Position numbers and translations under genes: made by a program. 64,000 nucleotides of DNA, taken from Carcharhinus amblyrhynchos. Lineage: Eukaryota. Shown here one piece after another: positions 13,530-27,620 of the stretch. Below the pieces are notes generated by a model. The model was given only the letters and a program-made list of their open reading frames with translations. It was not told where the DNA came from and did not search any database. How positions within the stretch are numbered: position 1 is the first letter of the stretch; every line of letters begins with the position of its first letter. The stretch covers positions 39,742,001-39,806,000 of the forward strand of contig OZ336887.1 of NCBI GenBank assembly GCA_965287045.1, written 5' to 3'.

Positions 13530-14715
13530 GTTGATTTGAAAATAGGAGCAGCAGTAGGCCACATGGCCCCACAAGCCTGTTTAGCCAATCAGTAAGATCA
13601 TGGCTGATCTGCTCCTGGCTTCAACTCTTCTTTTCTGTCTGTTCATAACTTTAGACAAATCTCAGCCCTGAATATATTCAATGATTCAACCTCCACTGCT
13701 CTCTGGCTCAGAGAATTCCAGCAGTTCAATGATCCTCCTGAGAGAAGTTCCTCTCCATCTCCATTATCGATGGATGACCCCTTATTCTGAAACTAAGTCC
13801 CCAGTTTTAAAATAAAAACTATAAATGCTGGAAAAACAGCAGGCCTTGCAGCATCTGTCGAGAAAGAAACAGGACGGGATCACCTGGTCCCATCCACTGC
13901 CAAGATGGTCTGGCCCCGCCCCCTGCCAAGATGGTCTGGTCCTGGTGAAAGTCAATGGCCTTCTGACTGAGCCGCCAAATTTCTCCCAATGAGCCCTGCA
14001 TGGAAAGGCCAGAAAATGCCGGCCGGCGTTAACGCTTCAAATGGCTTTCTTCGGAACTAGTCTATTCTTTGGCTCCAAAACCCGCACAGTGGGATCTACC
14101 CTGCCAAGGCCCCCCAGAACCATATATGTTCCAACAAGATCCCCACTTATCCCTCTGGACCCCAATAAGCATAGGCCCAACCTGCTTAACCTTTCTTTAT
14201 AAGATAACACTTTCACCTAGGAATCAACTTAATGAACCTTCTCGAACTGTCTTGAACACGAGTATATTCCTCCCTCAATAAAGAGACCGAAACTATATGC
14301 AGTCCTCTCAGGTCTGGTTTATCAATGCTCTATACAGTCGTTGAAAAACTTTGATACTGTTATACGTCATCCCCCTTGCAGTGAAGGCCAACAACCATTT
14401 GTCTTCCCAAATACTTTCTATACCTGAATGCTAACTTGTTAGGTTTTATCTACAAGCACACCCATTACTGCAATATCCAGTCGTCTCTGTATTTAAGTAA
14501 TATTTTATTATTATATTCTTCCAACCGAAGTGGACAACCTCACAATTTCCCGCATTATACTCCATCTGCCAATTTTTTACTGATTCACTTAATCTATCTA
14601 TACCCCTGTGCAGTCTCTTTGTTTCCTCCTCACAAATTGCTTTCCCACCTATCTTTGTATTATCAGCAAATTGGCTAGAATAGGCTTGGTCCTGTCACCC
14701 AAGTCCATTAAATAG
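13530..14715 (-). mobile_element. Old CR1 LINE fragment with nested insertions
   Basis: Reverse CR1 tail (aataggagcagcagtaggcc) and RT motifs (tttgctgataatacaaagataggtggg on the minus strand). Confidence 0.7.
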
Positions 14716-14879
14716 ATTGGACATAGTTTCTACATCTTCCAATAATTGTTAGCAATATTTTATTTTTTAGAAATAAAATTTGGAATATTGGCATTTGGAA
14801 TAGCAAAATTTATCTTTTTATTCTTTCCCATGTATTCAAAGTGCCACCATGTTTTTAAACTAACCACAGGTAACCACAT

Positions 14880-17310
14880 ACCATAGAACCATAGAAGATT
14901 ACAGCTTAGAAACATGCCTTTTGACCCTTTTTGTCTGTGCCAAACCATTTTTTGCCTTATCCCACTGACCTGCACTTGGGCCATATCCCTCCATACCCCT
15001 CTCATCCATGAACCTGTCCAAGTTTTTCTTAAATGTTAAAAGTGACCCCGCATTTACCACTTTATCCGGCAGCTCATTCCACACTCCCACTACTCTCTGC
15101 ATGAAGAAGCCCCCCCCAGTATTCCCTTTAAATTTTTCTCCTTTCACCCTTAACCCATGCCCTCTGGTTTTTTTCTCCCCTAGCCGCAGTGGAAAAAGTC
15201 TGCTTGCATTCACTCTATATATACCCATCAAAATCTTATACACCTCTATCAAATCTTCCCTCATTCTTCTACGCTCCAGGGAATAAAGTCCTAACCTATT
15301 CAATCTCTCTCTAACTCAGCTTCTCAAGTCCCGGCAACATCCTTGTGAACCTTTTCTGCACTCTTTCAACCTTATTTACATCCTTCCTGTAACTAGGTGA
15401 CCAAAACTGTACACAATACTCTAAATTCGGCCAATGCCTTATATAACCTTACCATAACACTCCAACTTTTATACTCGATACTCCAATTTATAAAGGCCAA
15501 TGTACCAAAAGCACTCTTTACGACCCTATCTGCCTGTGACGTCACTTTTAGTGAATTCTGTACCTGTATTCCCAGATCCCGGTGTTCAACTGCACTCTTC
15601 AGAGTCCTACCATTTAGCCTGTGTGTTCTACTTCGGTTTGTCCTTCCAAAGTGCAATACCTCACACTTTTCTGCATTAAATTCCATTTGCCATTTTTCAG
15701 CCCATTTTTCTAGTTGGTCCAAGTCCCTCTGCAAGCTTTGAAAACCTTCCTCACTGTCCATTACATCTCCAGTCTTTGTATCATCAGCAAATTTGCTGAT
15801 CCAATTTACCACATTATCATCCAGATCATATAGATGACAAACAACAATGAATACAACACTGATCCCTGTGGCACTCCAGTAGTCACAGGCCTCCACTCAG
15901 AGAAGCAATCCTCCACAACCACTCTCTGGCTTCTTCCATTGAGCCAATGTTTAATCCAATTTACAACCTCCCCATCTATATCTAGCAACTGAACCTTCCT
16001 AACTAACCTCTCATGAGGGACCTTGTCAAAGGCCTTGCTGAAATCCAAGTAGACAACATCCACCGCTTTCCCTTCATCCACTTTCCTGGTGACCTCCTAG
16101 AAAAACTATGATTGGTCAAACATGACCTATCATGCACAAAGCCATGTTGACCCTCCCTAATAAGTCCCTGTCTATCCAAATATTTGTAGATCCTATCCCT
16201 TATCACACTTTTCAATAACTTGCCAACCAACGACGTCAAACTTACTGGCCTGTAATTTCCCGGATTTCTTTTGGAACCTTTTTTAAACAACGGAACAACA
16301 TGAGCCACCCTCCAATCATCTGGCACCTCCCCAGTGAATATTGACATTTTAAATATGTCTGTCAGTGCCCCTGCAAGTTCAACACTAGTCTCCCTCAAGG
16401 TCTGTGGGAATACCCTGTCCGGTCCTGGGGATTTATCCACTCTGATTTGCCTCAAGACAGCCAGCACCTCCTCTTTAATCTGTAAAGGTTCCATGACCTC
16501 CCTACCTGTTTGCCCAATTTCCGTAGACTTCATGCCCGTTTCCTCAGTAAATACGGATGCAAAAAACCCATTTAGTATCTCCCCCATCTCTTTTGGTTCC
16601 ATACACAGTCTACCACTCTGGTCTTCAAGAGGACCAATCTTTTCCCTCACTATCCTTTTGCTCCTAACATACCTATAGAAGCTCTTTGGATTTCCCTTCA
16701 CTCTGTCTGCCAAAGCAACCTCATGCTTTCTTTTAGCCCTCCTGATTTCCCTCTTAAGTAGCTTCTTGCATTTTTATACACCTTGAGCATCTGATCTGTT
16801 CCTTGCTGCCTGTATGTTACATACAACTCTCTCTTCCTCTTAATCAGTGTTACAATCTTCCTCGAGAACCAAGGTTCCTTATCCCTATTTATTTTGCCTT
16901 TAATCCTGACAGGAGCCTACAAACTCTGCACTCTCAAAATTTCTCCTTTGAAGGCCTCCCACTTCCCATTTACATCCTTACCAGAGAACAGCCTGTGCCA
17001 ATCCACACTTCCCAGATCCCTTCTCATTTCATCAAATTTGGCCTTTTTCCAGTTCAGAGCTTCAACCCGAGGACCAGATCTATCCTTATTCATGATCAGG
17101 ATCCAAAGTGTTCCCTCACATTCACATCCATCACCTGCCCTAACTCATTTCCCAATAGGAGATCCAGTATGGCATCCTCTCTAGTTGGCATCTCTATATA
17201 CTGATGTAGAAAATTCTCCTGAACACATTTAACAAACTCTACCGTGTCTAAATCTTTAACAGTATGCGAGTCCCAATCTATATGTGGAAAATTAAAATCC
17301 CCTACTATTG
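14880..17310 (-). mobile_element. 5'-truncated CR1 LINE (~2.4 kb): end of the endonuclease plus RT, frameshifted
   Basis: IVGDFNFPHIDW, KSPGPD, PLFKKG..PGNYRPVSLTS, YLDFSKAFDKVPH, GVPQGSVL, KFADDTK, LGLYSLERRRMREDL; ttctatggttctatgg tail. Its 5' end lies ~65 nt from a TRAF7 acceptor. Confidence 0.95.
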
Positions 17311-17376
17311 TGTTCATGATGTTTAAAGTGTAGAACTGTTTACTGTCCTCATGTCCATATTTATAATTTGCTCTAG

Positions 17377-17526
<150 letters not shown>

Positions 17527-18486
17527 TGATGGCAAACGTCAAATGCTAGAAACATTAAAAGTAAAACAGAAAATGCTGGAAATGTACCTCAGATTAGTCA
17601 ACATCTGTGAAGAGGAAAGACTGCATGACAGCCCAGATACATACAAAATATCTTGTCTTCTGCCTTCATACATAATGACTGAACAATATGTATTTCCCAG
17701 CATTATTCTAGTTTGCATTTGTTAATAGTAATTCATTTCAAAATGTTTAACTGTGGTTGATTTTGTGTTGCTTAATATTAGGGCTGTATTGTAGTTTCTT
17801 TTTCAACTCAAAATGATTTATACTGTTAGAGAGGAGAGGGAAAATTATAACAACTAAAGTTAGAGGAGCTGGGGGGACACTTGATTAGAAACATCTTGGT
17901 GAGAGAAATGTAACAATTTGAAAAGGCTTAAGGGAATTCCAGAGTGCAGGAAGTGCAGGCTTGAAGCTCTGCAATGGATGTTGGAGAGAAGAGTAGGGAT
18001 TATGAGGGTGGACAAGCCAGAAAACTCTGTAATGCAGGCATGAAGGAGGTTGTAGTCTTGGGATGAGGCAAGGTCCTGGAAGCATTTGTGTAATAACTGC
18101 TGATCCCAGGACTTGGCCATTGTTAACCAGCTCACTTCCTTGTGGAAAAACTCCTGGTATTCATGTTACACCTCTCCATAAGGGCAAGGCTGAGATTAGG
18201 GACATGGGGCTATCAGGTTGAGAGCTTTCTCCTGACCATATATTGACCCGTTGCACTGGAGCTGCACCGTCTATGACAGAACGTCTTATGATGCATAAAG
18301 TTGGATCTGTAAGTCAGTGTTAAAGGAACAATTTTCAAATGTAAATATTGCCTGGAAGAGATTTTGTTGTTGAATGTTTGGACATTTTAAGACAAACCAA
18401 AATAATTTAATTAGAGGTACAAGGCCCTTGCTGAATTTTATTTTGCAAGAGGTCTATTAACACTTTCATTATTTTTCTCCCTCCAG

Positions 18487-18501
18487 GTCTGGACCTGTTA
18501 G
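18487..18501 (+). CDS. TRAF7: TRAF7 terminal coding exon (VWTC-stop)
   Basis: Pyrimidine tract then ctccag|GTC TGG ACC TGT TAG; same C-terminus as human TRAF7 (VWTC). Confidence 0.94.
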   Translation, partial: VWTC

Positions 18502-20764
18502 GACACAAGGTTTCATTAAGTGACTGCAGTGTTCTCTGTGACTTGCCTTTATGGATTTTTTTTGGGAATAGAAACAATGCCACTGCCAATTGGCTGCCAC
18601 AGCGCAATCTGTTCTAAGATTGCTGTCCAATTTTGAGACTGACCAGCATGGCGTGCTTTCTGCAGCAGTGGAAGCTACAGTTCTGGATTTACAACAGGGG
18701 ATTGATGTTTTAACATTGTCAGTTCAATAGAATTAAGCGTTTTTGAGTAATTGACTGGAGACGGTTAAGAAGAGCACAAGACTGAAATGCACACCAGTGG
18801 AATGGCTTTGGAAAACATTACAGGGTTGAACTTTTGTGTGTGTGTGTGCGTGGGGAAGTTACTGGAAAATGTTCTGTATTTCGCTGAGTCTTCAATGGCA
18901 GGAATTGTACACTGCAGCATTGTAGGTGACTGCATCTTCCATTAGTTTGGCAGTCTCTGCGTGTTGTTTTATACTGATTTAACCCACACACGTACACACG
19001 CTCACACTATTTCTAGGCCACAGGCAAGTAAAATATTCAACCCATGTATTGGCTAACCATAATTTGATCTGTTTGCTTTAGAAAAAAACAATTTGTAATA
19101 TAATAAGGTAGGCAGATTATTGAAGCTGTGATCTTTTTACCTTCTAAATGCCGCCTTAAAAGAATAATAGTGAAACAGCTGTAGTGAGGTACGATTTCTT
19201 CATCACTACTTCCTCAAAGGCAAATTCTGTATTCCAAAGTTCTACTTTTGCCAATATATGTGTGGCTGAGATGTAATAATTTCACATTGTAAGTAATATA
19301 TACTGCTGCTAAGTTTTGACTTCTGTTTATAGCGGTTTATATAATATCATTGCATAATTGCTCTCGCAATTAATTAACAAAGCTTTAAAATCAGACTGTT
19401 CCAGAACAAGCTTACTCCAATCAGTGTTGTACAATTATTGATCTTTGACATGCAGTATATGATTTCTTAATAGGATGATTCAATAGATGTGAGTAGAAGT
19501 ATGGGATCTTCTGAAGAAAATTAAGTTCCTCTTTCATGTATTTTTCAAAATTGGAAATCTACAAGCTCTTCCCGTTTTTCTCCCCCTTTCTCTCCCATCC
19601 TCCCCCAGCCCCCTCCTCACACGGCTTCCCTGAAGATTAGCTGAGTAGACAGACAGCGTGGTGTGGTACTCGGCCACGTTATCTGGGAAGTTATCTGATT
19701 TAGTACCTGGTATGGTCAGCCAGGATAAAAATGAGGGTGCTACACTTGACCTGTGCCTTGTTCAGTTAGGAGAGGTCAAAGTCATCCAGGATTCTCACTC
19801 ATCATTGTTGTGCAGTTATCTTTGTTGTAAGTGTGTACCATATGGATTTCTGGTCAAGCTGCCAGCTGTCGACTTGTGAGGCACTCTGGCACTCAGTCCA
19901 AGTTCCTGACTTGTGAGAAGGACACAGAGGAGAAATAACTGGGAAGATATTGGCGGGAGGGCGGGTTAGTTTGGGGTGGACACCATATTTTCCCATAGTC
20001 ACATGCTACAGAGGTTCATAAGATATATATTATGCAATGCCTGTAAAGTAGCAACTTACGCTAAGAAGAGTTCTGGAAATGATGTTCAATGTGAATTATG
20101 TGTTTGCTGTAAGGCTTTGCCTCTTTTCCAACTCAAGAAAATTCTTACATTTTCCCATTACTATATCATAATGCCATATGGATCCAATGCATTTTCTAAT
20201 GAAGCAAATAGCACCCATATAAATATTCATCCTTCATAAGTGGTTTCAGTTATGTGGCTCCTGATTTTAAAATATAAATTAGAACCAGTCTAGAAATCAT
20301 TGAGCAATCATACTGGTTTAGCTACTCTATAATATACTGTCACAGTTCGCCTTTAGCAAAATAGACTTCAGTTAGAATAAGGTTGACATATAGATTTTAC
20401 CTGAGTAAAGATCCATCAGCTAAGAAGATAGTATATATCTGAGTAGATCAAGTATTTCGATAAGAGTTACAAAATTATAGCTATCATGTGCTTTGAGATT
20501 GTGAATGGAAATCGATATTCAATAATGAAACGTGACTGAATGTTGAATGTTTTATCTGTGTATATGAGAATTACAGATATACATTTGCAGTTTACAATGC
20601 AAACATATTTCAACACAGTGAAGTATTTACAGTGAGAATATTTAGTTGTTGAATTAACCTGTTTTAAAAGATTGTTTTTACAAATGTAACAAGTGCCTAA
20701 TTTTTAGAATCCAGCTGTACTTGCATTTAAACCTTAAAATGCCAATCATTGGTTGTACTGACTA

Positions 20765-21180
20765 TTTTTATTCATTCATGTGGTGTGGGCATTGCCATCA
20801 AGGCCAGCATTTATTGCCCATTCCTAACTCCCCTTGAGAAAGTGGTGAGCCACTGCATTTAACTGCTACAATGTGGAGTTTACACATTCTCCCCGTGTCT
20901 GCATGGGTTTCCTCCGAGTGCCTGTTTCCTCCCACACTCCAAAGATGTGTGGGTTAGGTGGATTGGCTATGCTAAATTACCTCTTCATGTCCGAGGGATT
21001 AGCAGGATAAATATGTGGGGTTATGGGGATGGGGTTTGGGTTGGATTGTGGTCAGTGCAGACTCAATGGGCCAAATGTTGGCCTCCTACACTGTAGGGAT
21101 TCTATGATGCAGTCCGTAAGGCGAAGGTACTCTGACACTGCAGTTCAGCAGGGAGTTCCAGGATTTTGACCCTGAATGCA
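20765..21180. mobile_element. LINE 3'-end fragment (minus) with nested partial V-SINE (plus) in the presumed TRAF7 3'UTR
   Basis: ggccagcatttattgcccattcctaa..cccttgagaa interrupted by tgtggagtttacacattctccccg...gggattctatga. Confidence 0.75.
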
Positions 21181-22074
21181 TCCTAGGTGGGAGATATTTA
21201 AAAAACTAGTCACCAGAAGTTAAAGTAAGATAACTAACAGCTGTAACCATGTAACTCCCATAGTCACAGCGCCATAACCTGTTTGTTTAATTGACTGATC
21301 TTCCTGTTGAGGAAGAGGGCTGACTTGATGTTGACTTGCCAATGGGAAGTTATGCATTGCATGCGTACATGCACAGATGCTTAGCATGGATGTATTTTGT
21401 ATTGAAATAGAGACTGTTTGTTTTAAATACCTAATTTTTAAAGCGTCTTGAAGAATGAACAGTTGGAAATAAAACAGAAGAGGAAGACGATGGTACGTTT
21501 TGCATGCCTTGTGTTGTCTTGTGTTTTGTAGAAGAACTGTCCAGAAATGCCTTATTTGTTTTGTTCAGGAGTTCAGTAATTAAAAGCCAGATCATTGTTT
21601 TAAGGAAAGCAGTTTGATGGGTTCAGGATATCTCTGAAGGATATGATTGGTAGATAAAGTAATTTGCTGCAGTCCTGTCAACTGCGCACCTGATTGAGAC
21701 ATAAATTATAACATGCCACTCCCAATTCACTGCTTTATTTCAACGTCTTTATCATAGCAGAACCCTGGTCTAAACAGAACACAGTGTGGCTGATCAGCAA
21801 TGTATTATCAATGCATTTCATTGTAAGTGACCAGGCCCAAGGCAGGGGTATTGTGACCATGAAGCATCGCAACTGTGAACCGCTACAAGTGGATAGCGTA
21901 TGTTACTCCATTTAGCTGCTGCTTTAAGCATCTGGTACCCACTAACCTAAAGAAGTAACCAAAGCTCCCTTCAATTATTTTGCACCTGTATTGTATTGAA
22001 AAGATTATGAAACTAATGGAACTGATGTATCATGTGACTGTAGATTTTTATCATTTTGTTAAATGATTTACAAC

Positions 22075-22080
22075 AATAAA
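22075..22080 (+). promoter_or_regulatory. Candidate TRAF7 polyadenylation signal
   Basis: AATAAA at the end of an AT-rich, TE-poor 3'UTR-like stretch, followed by U/GU-rich sequence. Another AATAAA lies near 21468. Confidence 0.4.
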
Positions 22081-22861
22081 TCTTCCTCCCTAATTTTTGT
22101 ATGTTTAATTCAATTTCTTAATAGATTACAACTGGAGTAGTGGATTTTGTAAATGGTTGATATTGTCCCATGTAATAGCATACACTGAACAGTATTGTTT
22201 CTTGCGCGGTATAGGCAAAACATACCACTCATGAAGTACGCAGGGGACAAGAATAAGATGCAGAATGTAGTGTTACAGTTGCAACACTGTTCACAGGTAG
22301 GGTGACGAGAAAGATCAGCTTAATATATGATAGAACCACTCAAAAGTCTGATGACAGCAAAGAAGAAATTGTTTTTGAGTCTGAATGTGTTTTCAGAGAT
22401 TTGTATCTATTTCCCGGTGGAAGAAGAGCCGTAAGGATAAGCTCTAAGAATACCAATCTTGGTTATTGCATTTTTTTTTAGGAGAAGTAAATGGTGTGCC
22501 TGTAAATCTCCTACCTTCCCTGTGCTACTGCAACTCCTGTTCACATCATGAGAACCATCAATGTGGAATTTCTGATGCTGTGCACTGTACCACAAGATTG
22601 CCTTGTCTATTGTCTATATGTATATGAAGAACTTGAATTTCAGTAGTGCTTTTTGCAACTTCAATAGCCTCAATACTTTTGCAGTTAGCTGTTGAAGGAC
22701 AGTCATGATGTGAGGAAATGCAGCAATCAATTGGAACACAGACCATAACCGATAAATAGCCAGTCTGTTTCAGTGGTGTTGGGTTGAGGGACAAATATTA
22801 GTGAGGCACTGGGGAGAATTCCCTGCTTTTCTTGAAATAATGCCACAGGATCTATTATGTT

Positions 22862-23137
22862 TATTTATTGTCACAAGTAGGTTACATAAACACCGCAATG
22901 AAGCTGCTGTGACAATCCCCTAGTCGCCACACTCTGGCGCCTGTTTGGGTACACTGAGGGAGAATTCAGCATGGCCAGTGCACCTAACCAGCACATCTTT
23001 TGAAAGGACACCAGAACACCCAGAAGAAACTCATGAAGACACAGGGCAAACTTGCAACTCCGCACAGTGACCCAAGCTGGGAATCAAACCCGGGTCCCTG
23101 ATGCTGTGCGGCAGCAGTGTGAACCACTGTGCCACCT
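22862..23137 (-). mobile_element. V-SINE, alternative-tail subfamily
   Basis: tRNA head and V domain plus tail ...gcgactagggga..cttcattgcgg..acttgtgacaataaa. Confidence 0.85.
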
Positions 23138-24049
23138 GACTCTCCATAAATTATTTATCCTGACCAAACTTGTTTCATACTGAACAGGCGATCTCTAATT
23201 TAAAGTGCCTTTTTAATGTGATTTATATGCGTTCAACAACTCATCTAAGGATCTTACAACTATGGGTGTAGAAAAGGCTTTTTGATAGAACAGAATGGGA
23301 CTGACTACTTTTTCTATGATTCTCCATTCTTTAGAAACTTTTATAAATAACTATTACATTCCTCCCTGATTGGCTTAGTGCACAAACCATGCGTACTTGA
23401 AACATTTTGACCTTCACCAAGGGAGCAGACAGGTCTGTCCCCTTTCCCTACCCGACACTTTCTGCTGTTGCTGTTGCTATTGAGCCCCTGGCAATCTCAC
23501 TATGGACCTGTGGCGATGTACAGGGCGTTATGTCGAATGGAGTTGAACAGAAACTCTCCGTATAAGCTGATGACCTGCTTGTTTCCGATCTGGTTTCATT
23601 GCTCCTACATATCGGGTGTGAATTTCCAGTCATGCCCACCCCCAGACCAGAAATCTCTGCCCTAAGCAAACGGACCTTCAAATGGTTCATCAAATTGTCT
23701 GTCCCGCCTGTAACAATTCCAGTGGTGGGCAGGAGTGAAAAGAATTACTGCATGTTCTCTATTCTTGAGCCATTTGGTAATATTTCTGGTTTTTAAATTA
23801 ATTTGCAAGAGTGAAATTTTTCCCATTGCCAAGAATAATTATTTTCTCCGCTGGCCTTCAGTTTTAATTATTGAGTAATTTTAGTTACTTAGTTCCTTGG
23901 AGACCTTTTGTAAGCTTAACTTTGACCCTTTTGTTGGAATGTATGAAGCAAGAATTAGCACATTGGTGCCAAATTTACCCCCTTCTTCAGCTGATCGTAT
24001 AAATTCTGTAATTTTATCAAAGTGTCAATACTTATTTCAGTGCATTTCA

Positions 24050-24395
24050 CTGTTTATGAGGGGCATTGACAGAGGATGTGGAAGCTTTTTCCCAGGGTAG
24101 CAGTCAATTACGAAAGGACTTGAGACTAAGGTGTGAGGAGCAAGGTTTAAAGGAGATGTGCGAGTCAAGATACTTATACAGAGGGTGTTGGGTGCCTGGA
24201 ACTCAGTGCTGGGGGAGGTAGTGGAAGCAAATAAGATAGTGAATTTAAGGGTTGTCTGTACAAATATAGAATGGGAATAGGGGGATATGGTCCCTGGAAA
24301 GATGGAGGGTTTTAGTTCAGTTGGACAGCATGGTCAGTGCAGGGTTGGAGGGCCGAAGGGCTTGTTCCTGTGTTGTAATTTTCTTTGTTCTTTGT
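24050..24395 (+). mobile_element. CR1 LINE 3' fragment
   Basis: gagggtgttgggtgcctggaac...ggccgaagggcttgttcctgtg...ttctttgttctttg tail. Confidence 0.8.
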
Positions 24396-25061
24396 TTATC
24401 CTCAATTAATCACTTTTATTTGGAATGATAAAATATCCAGAATTTGCAAAGTGACTCCACAAAAGCCCAACCGTTTCAGTTTTATTATTGGTCTGCTGTT
24501 ATTTGTTCACGGGATGTGGGTGTCATGGGCTGGCTGGCCAGCATTTGTCGCACCCATCCCTGAGAACATTTTAAGGGTCAACCACATTGCTGTGTGTCTG
24601 GAGTCACATGTAAGGGCAGCAGATTTTCTTCTCTGAAGTACATTATAATAATATAACATTCATAGACCAGAGCTTTCCAGTCAATTGACACCAGTAGGAT
24701 CTTCTGGTTCCGCTGATGACACAATCTGGGTTTTCTAGCAGCAGAGGGTGTAATCAACAGGAAACCCTGTTGACAATGGAGGGACCAGAAGATTCTACTG
24801 CCAGCCAATGGCAGGCTGCTTCCACCGCCATGAAACACGCCACAGAAAATCCCACCTAAAATATTTCTGGCTTAATATAAGCACCAGAAGTTTAGCTTAG
24901 ATTCAACTGCAGGCAGCATTCTATCAATCCACACCTCCCCTCCTCTGTTCTGCTCTTCTATTCCTTTCTCAACTAGTCACTTTTCTTTAAACCTTATCAC
25001 CAGATAGTCACATAAGATGTCGCCACTGTTCAGAACATCCTTTGAGCTACAATCTCTCTAC

Positions 25062-26880
25062 ACAAAACACAGAACAAAATCAATAATATAAGATGAACAA
25101 AAAAAAAACTTGGAAAAGGAAAAGTTAGACGAATGAGATGCTAAAACAAAACCACAGTGACTGGAAATGGGAAAATCCAATATCTACTTTAGGGAAAGAT
25201 AAAGGTGACTGTGTGGTGTAGTGGGGGTGGGGGGTGGGGAGGGGGCGGTGGTGGGTGGTCGGTGAACTGGAGAATGCTGTTGATCCAATCTTGGAGTCCA
25301 TAGAAAGCATTCTTTCTGGTTGTATCACAGCTTGGTGTGGCTTCTGCTCTGTCCAAGACCACAAAAAATGATGAAGGGTCGTGAATGAAGGCCAATCCAT
25401 CACACACAGTCTCTACACAGTCCTATTGATGCAAGTCATTTATTCCTGTTGTTATTAGGCCTTTCAAGTTTGGCATGTGAGAGGTGTGAAACCTTTGCTG
25501 ACCTATGCATTGATAATTCTTTTGATTCTCTCTCTCTCTTGGAAATATGATTAGCCCCACACTTTCTTCGCTACTTTACAGATCCGGGATTTCGCACACA
25601 AATAATTTGCTGTTTCCTTTATTGCCCCTAATTCATTAATTGATATTTTACAACAAAATCCTTTTGTAAGTGGGTTCTGATAATTTGGATGGGAGGCTGG
25701 TTTGTGTAATGGATTGGGGTATGAGGAAAGATTGAATAAATGGGGCTCTTTTCCCTTGAAAGACGGCGACTGAGGGGGGATCTAATAGAGGTAGATAAGA
25801 TTATGAAGGGTATAGATGGAGTAAACAGAGGTAAGCTATTTCCTATGATAGAGATACATAGGGCAAGGGGCCATGGGCTTAAGGTGAGGGGGGGAGAGGT
25901 ATAACACAGATATTAGAGGGAGGTTTTTCACACAGAGGGTAGTGGGGGTATGGAATGCTCTGCCAAGAAAGATGGTGGAGGGAAACACACTAGAGTCATT
26001 TAAGAGTAACTTAGACAGGCACATGACTGGGTTGAAGATGGGTGGATATAGGAGATTGTTTTAAATAAGGGTCATTAGCATTGGGGCGTCCCTGGTAAGG
26101 TAAATGGATATGGTACAACAATAATGTGTTTTTCTCTCTTTTCATTCACAGGTTTTAAGTCGGTCCGCCTTGTGTCCAACGAGGGGCATACACGTGATGG
26201 GTCGTACTTGGGCTGCTCTTGGTTGTTCGAGATTGGCCTAGTGCTTCACGTCATTAGTGTGTGCCTAAACTGGACCAGATACTGGGCAAGATGACAGCTC
26301 AGTGACTGTCACTGATTGCTGTGCAGACACATGGATTTGGGCCAGTGTCTGTGGGAGTTTGCGCATTCTCCCCGTGCTTGCGTGGGTTTTCTCCGGGTGC
26401 TCCGGTTTCCTCCCACACCCCAAAGATGTGCTGTTAGGCTGATTGGTAGTAATAAATTGTCCCTAAATTAGTTTCCCTCAATGTGGATAGCCATAAAACA
26501 TTAGACAAGGGTCATGGGTGGAAGGGGGGACTGGTGGTGTTAAGATGGCGGTGTGGGCTCGTTGGGCCGAAGGGCCTGGTTCCCAGGCTGTTTTTGTTCT
26601 TTGTTCTTTAACCAGAAAGAGCGCTTTCTATGGATTCCAAGATCAGATCAACAACATTCTCCAGTTCACCAACCACATCTGCTGCCCCCCGCACCCCCCC
26701 CCATCCCCAATCATCTGCCACACCACACAGTCACCTTCATCTCTCCCCAAAGTAAATATTGGATTTTCCCATTTGCAATCACTGTGGCTTTGTTTTAGCA
26801 TTTCATTTGTCTAACTTTTCCTTTTCCAAGTTTGTTTTTTTTTGTTCATCTTATATCATTGATTTTGTTCTGCGTTTTGT
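25062..26880. repeat. Long inverted repeat (arms 25062-25321 and 26610-26880) around a composite insert
   Basis: The arms are reverse complements with scattered mismatches, e.g. ttggaaaaggaaaagttagac vs gtctaacttttccttttccaa. Confidence 0.88.
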
Positions 26881-27364
26881 TCTCCCGGAACACTCTTCCC
26901 AGCCAAGTCTCCTTTCTGAACATCTGTGTTTACATCTCTACTACAGCAACCAAAATGAAGGTTGCGCAGCTGTGACCTTGGGTGTCAAGGGACCTCAATT
27001 ATAACATGCATCCTCATCATAATACGCTTTTTGGCAGCCTCCTGTTTTCTGGATTGTGATGTACTGGAGAAGCCTGTGGCTGCTCACTGAGTGTCAATCT
27101 CAACTTTTGTCTGCAAGGCAGGTTGCATGTGATGTAAACAATAATAGTGTGCTTGCAACTGAGAGCTGCAAAGCTTTGCTCTTATTTCACCCCATTTAGG
27201 GTAGGGTGGCATTGTGGCACAGCGATTACAAAAAATTCAGACTGCTGCACCCCCTCCATTCCTTTCCAGCATTACTGGCTAGCTGCATTATTCGATTAAA
27301 TTAGAGGCAGTCTGCTTGTGTTAATTGGATACATGATCTTATTCAGCATCTCTCTGGAGCAGAA

Positions 27365-27620
27365 CGGTGGCACAGTTACTGCCTCACACCCCGATTTGAT
27401 TTCCCAGCTTGGACTGCTGCATGTGCGCCTCGTGTCTGCATGGGTTTTCTCTGGGTCCTCCAGTTTCCTCCCACAGTCTGAAAGATGCGTTGATAAGGCT
27501 GTGCTAAATTCTCCCTCAGTGTTACCCGAACAGGCGCCGGAGTGTGGCAACAAGGGGATTTTCACAGTAACTTCAGTGCAGTGTAAATATAAGCCTGTTT
27601 GTGACATTAATAAACTTAAA
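27365..27620 (+). mobile_element. V-SINE, alternative-tail subfamily
   Basis: cggtggcacagt...gctaaattctccctcagtg..cccgaacaggcgccggagtgtggc. Confidence 0.85.

Noticed and set aside
14880-17310. Reverse transcriptase ORFs as an active or domesticated gene
   Set aside because: 5'-truncated, with several frameshifts, an internal deletion and stops; an ordinary dead CR1
19610-19930. Possible ancient SINE remnant in the TRAF7 3'UTR (similar traces at 23370-23700 and 35790-36060)
   Set aside because: Similarity too weak to assign by eye
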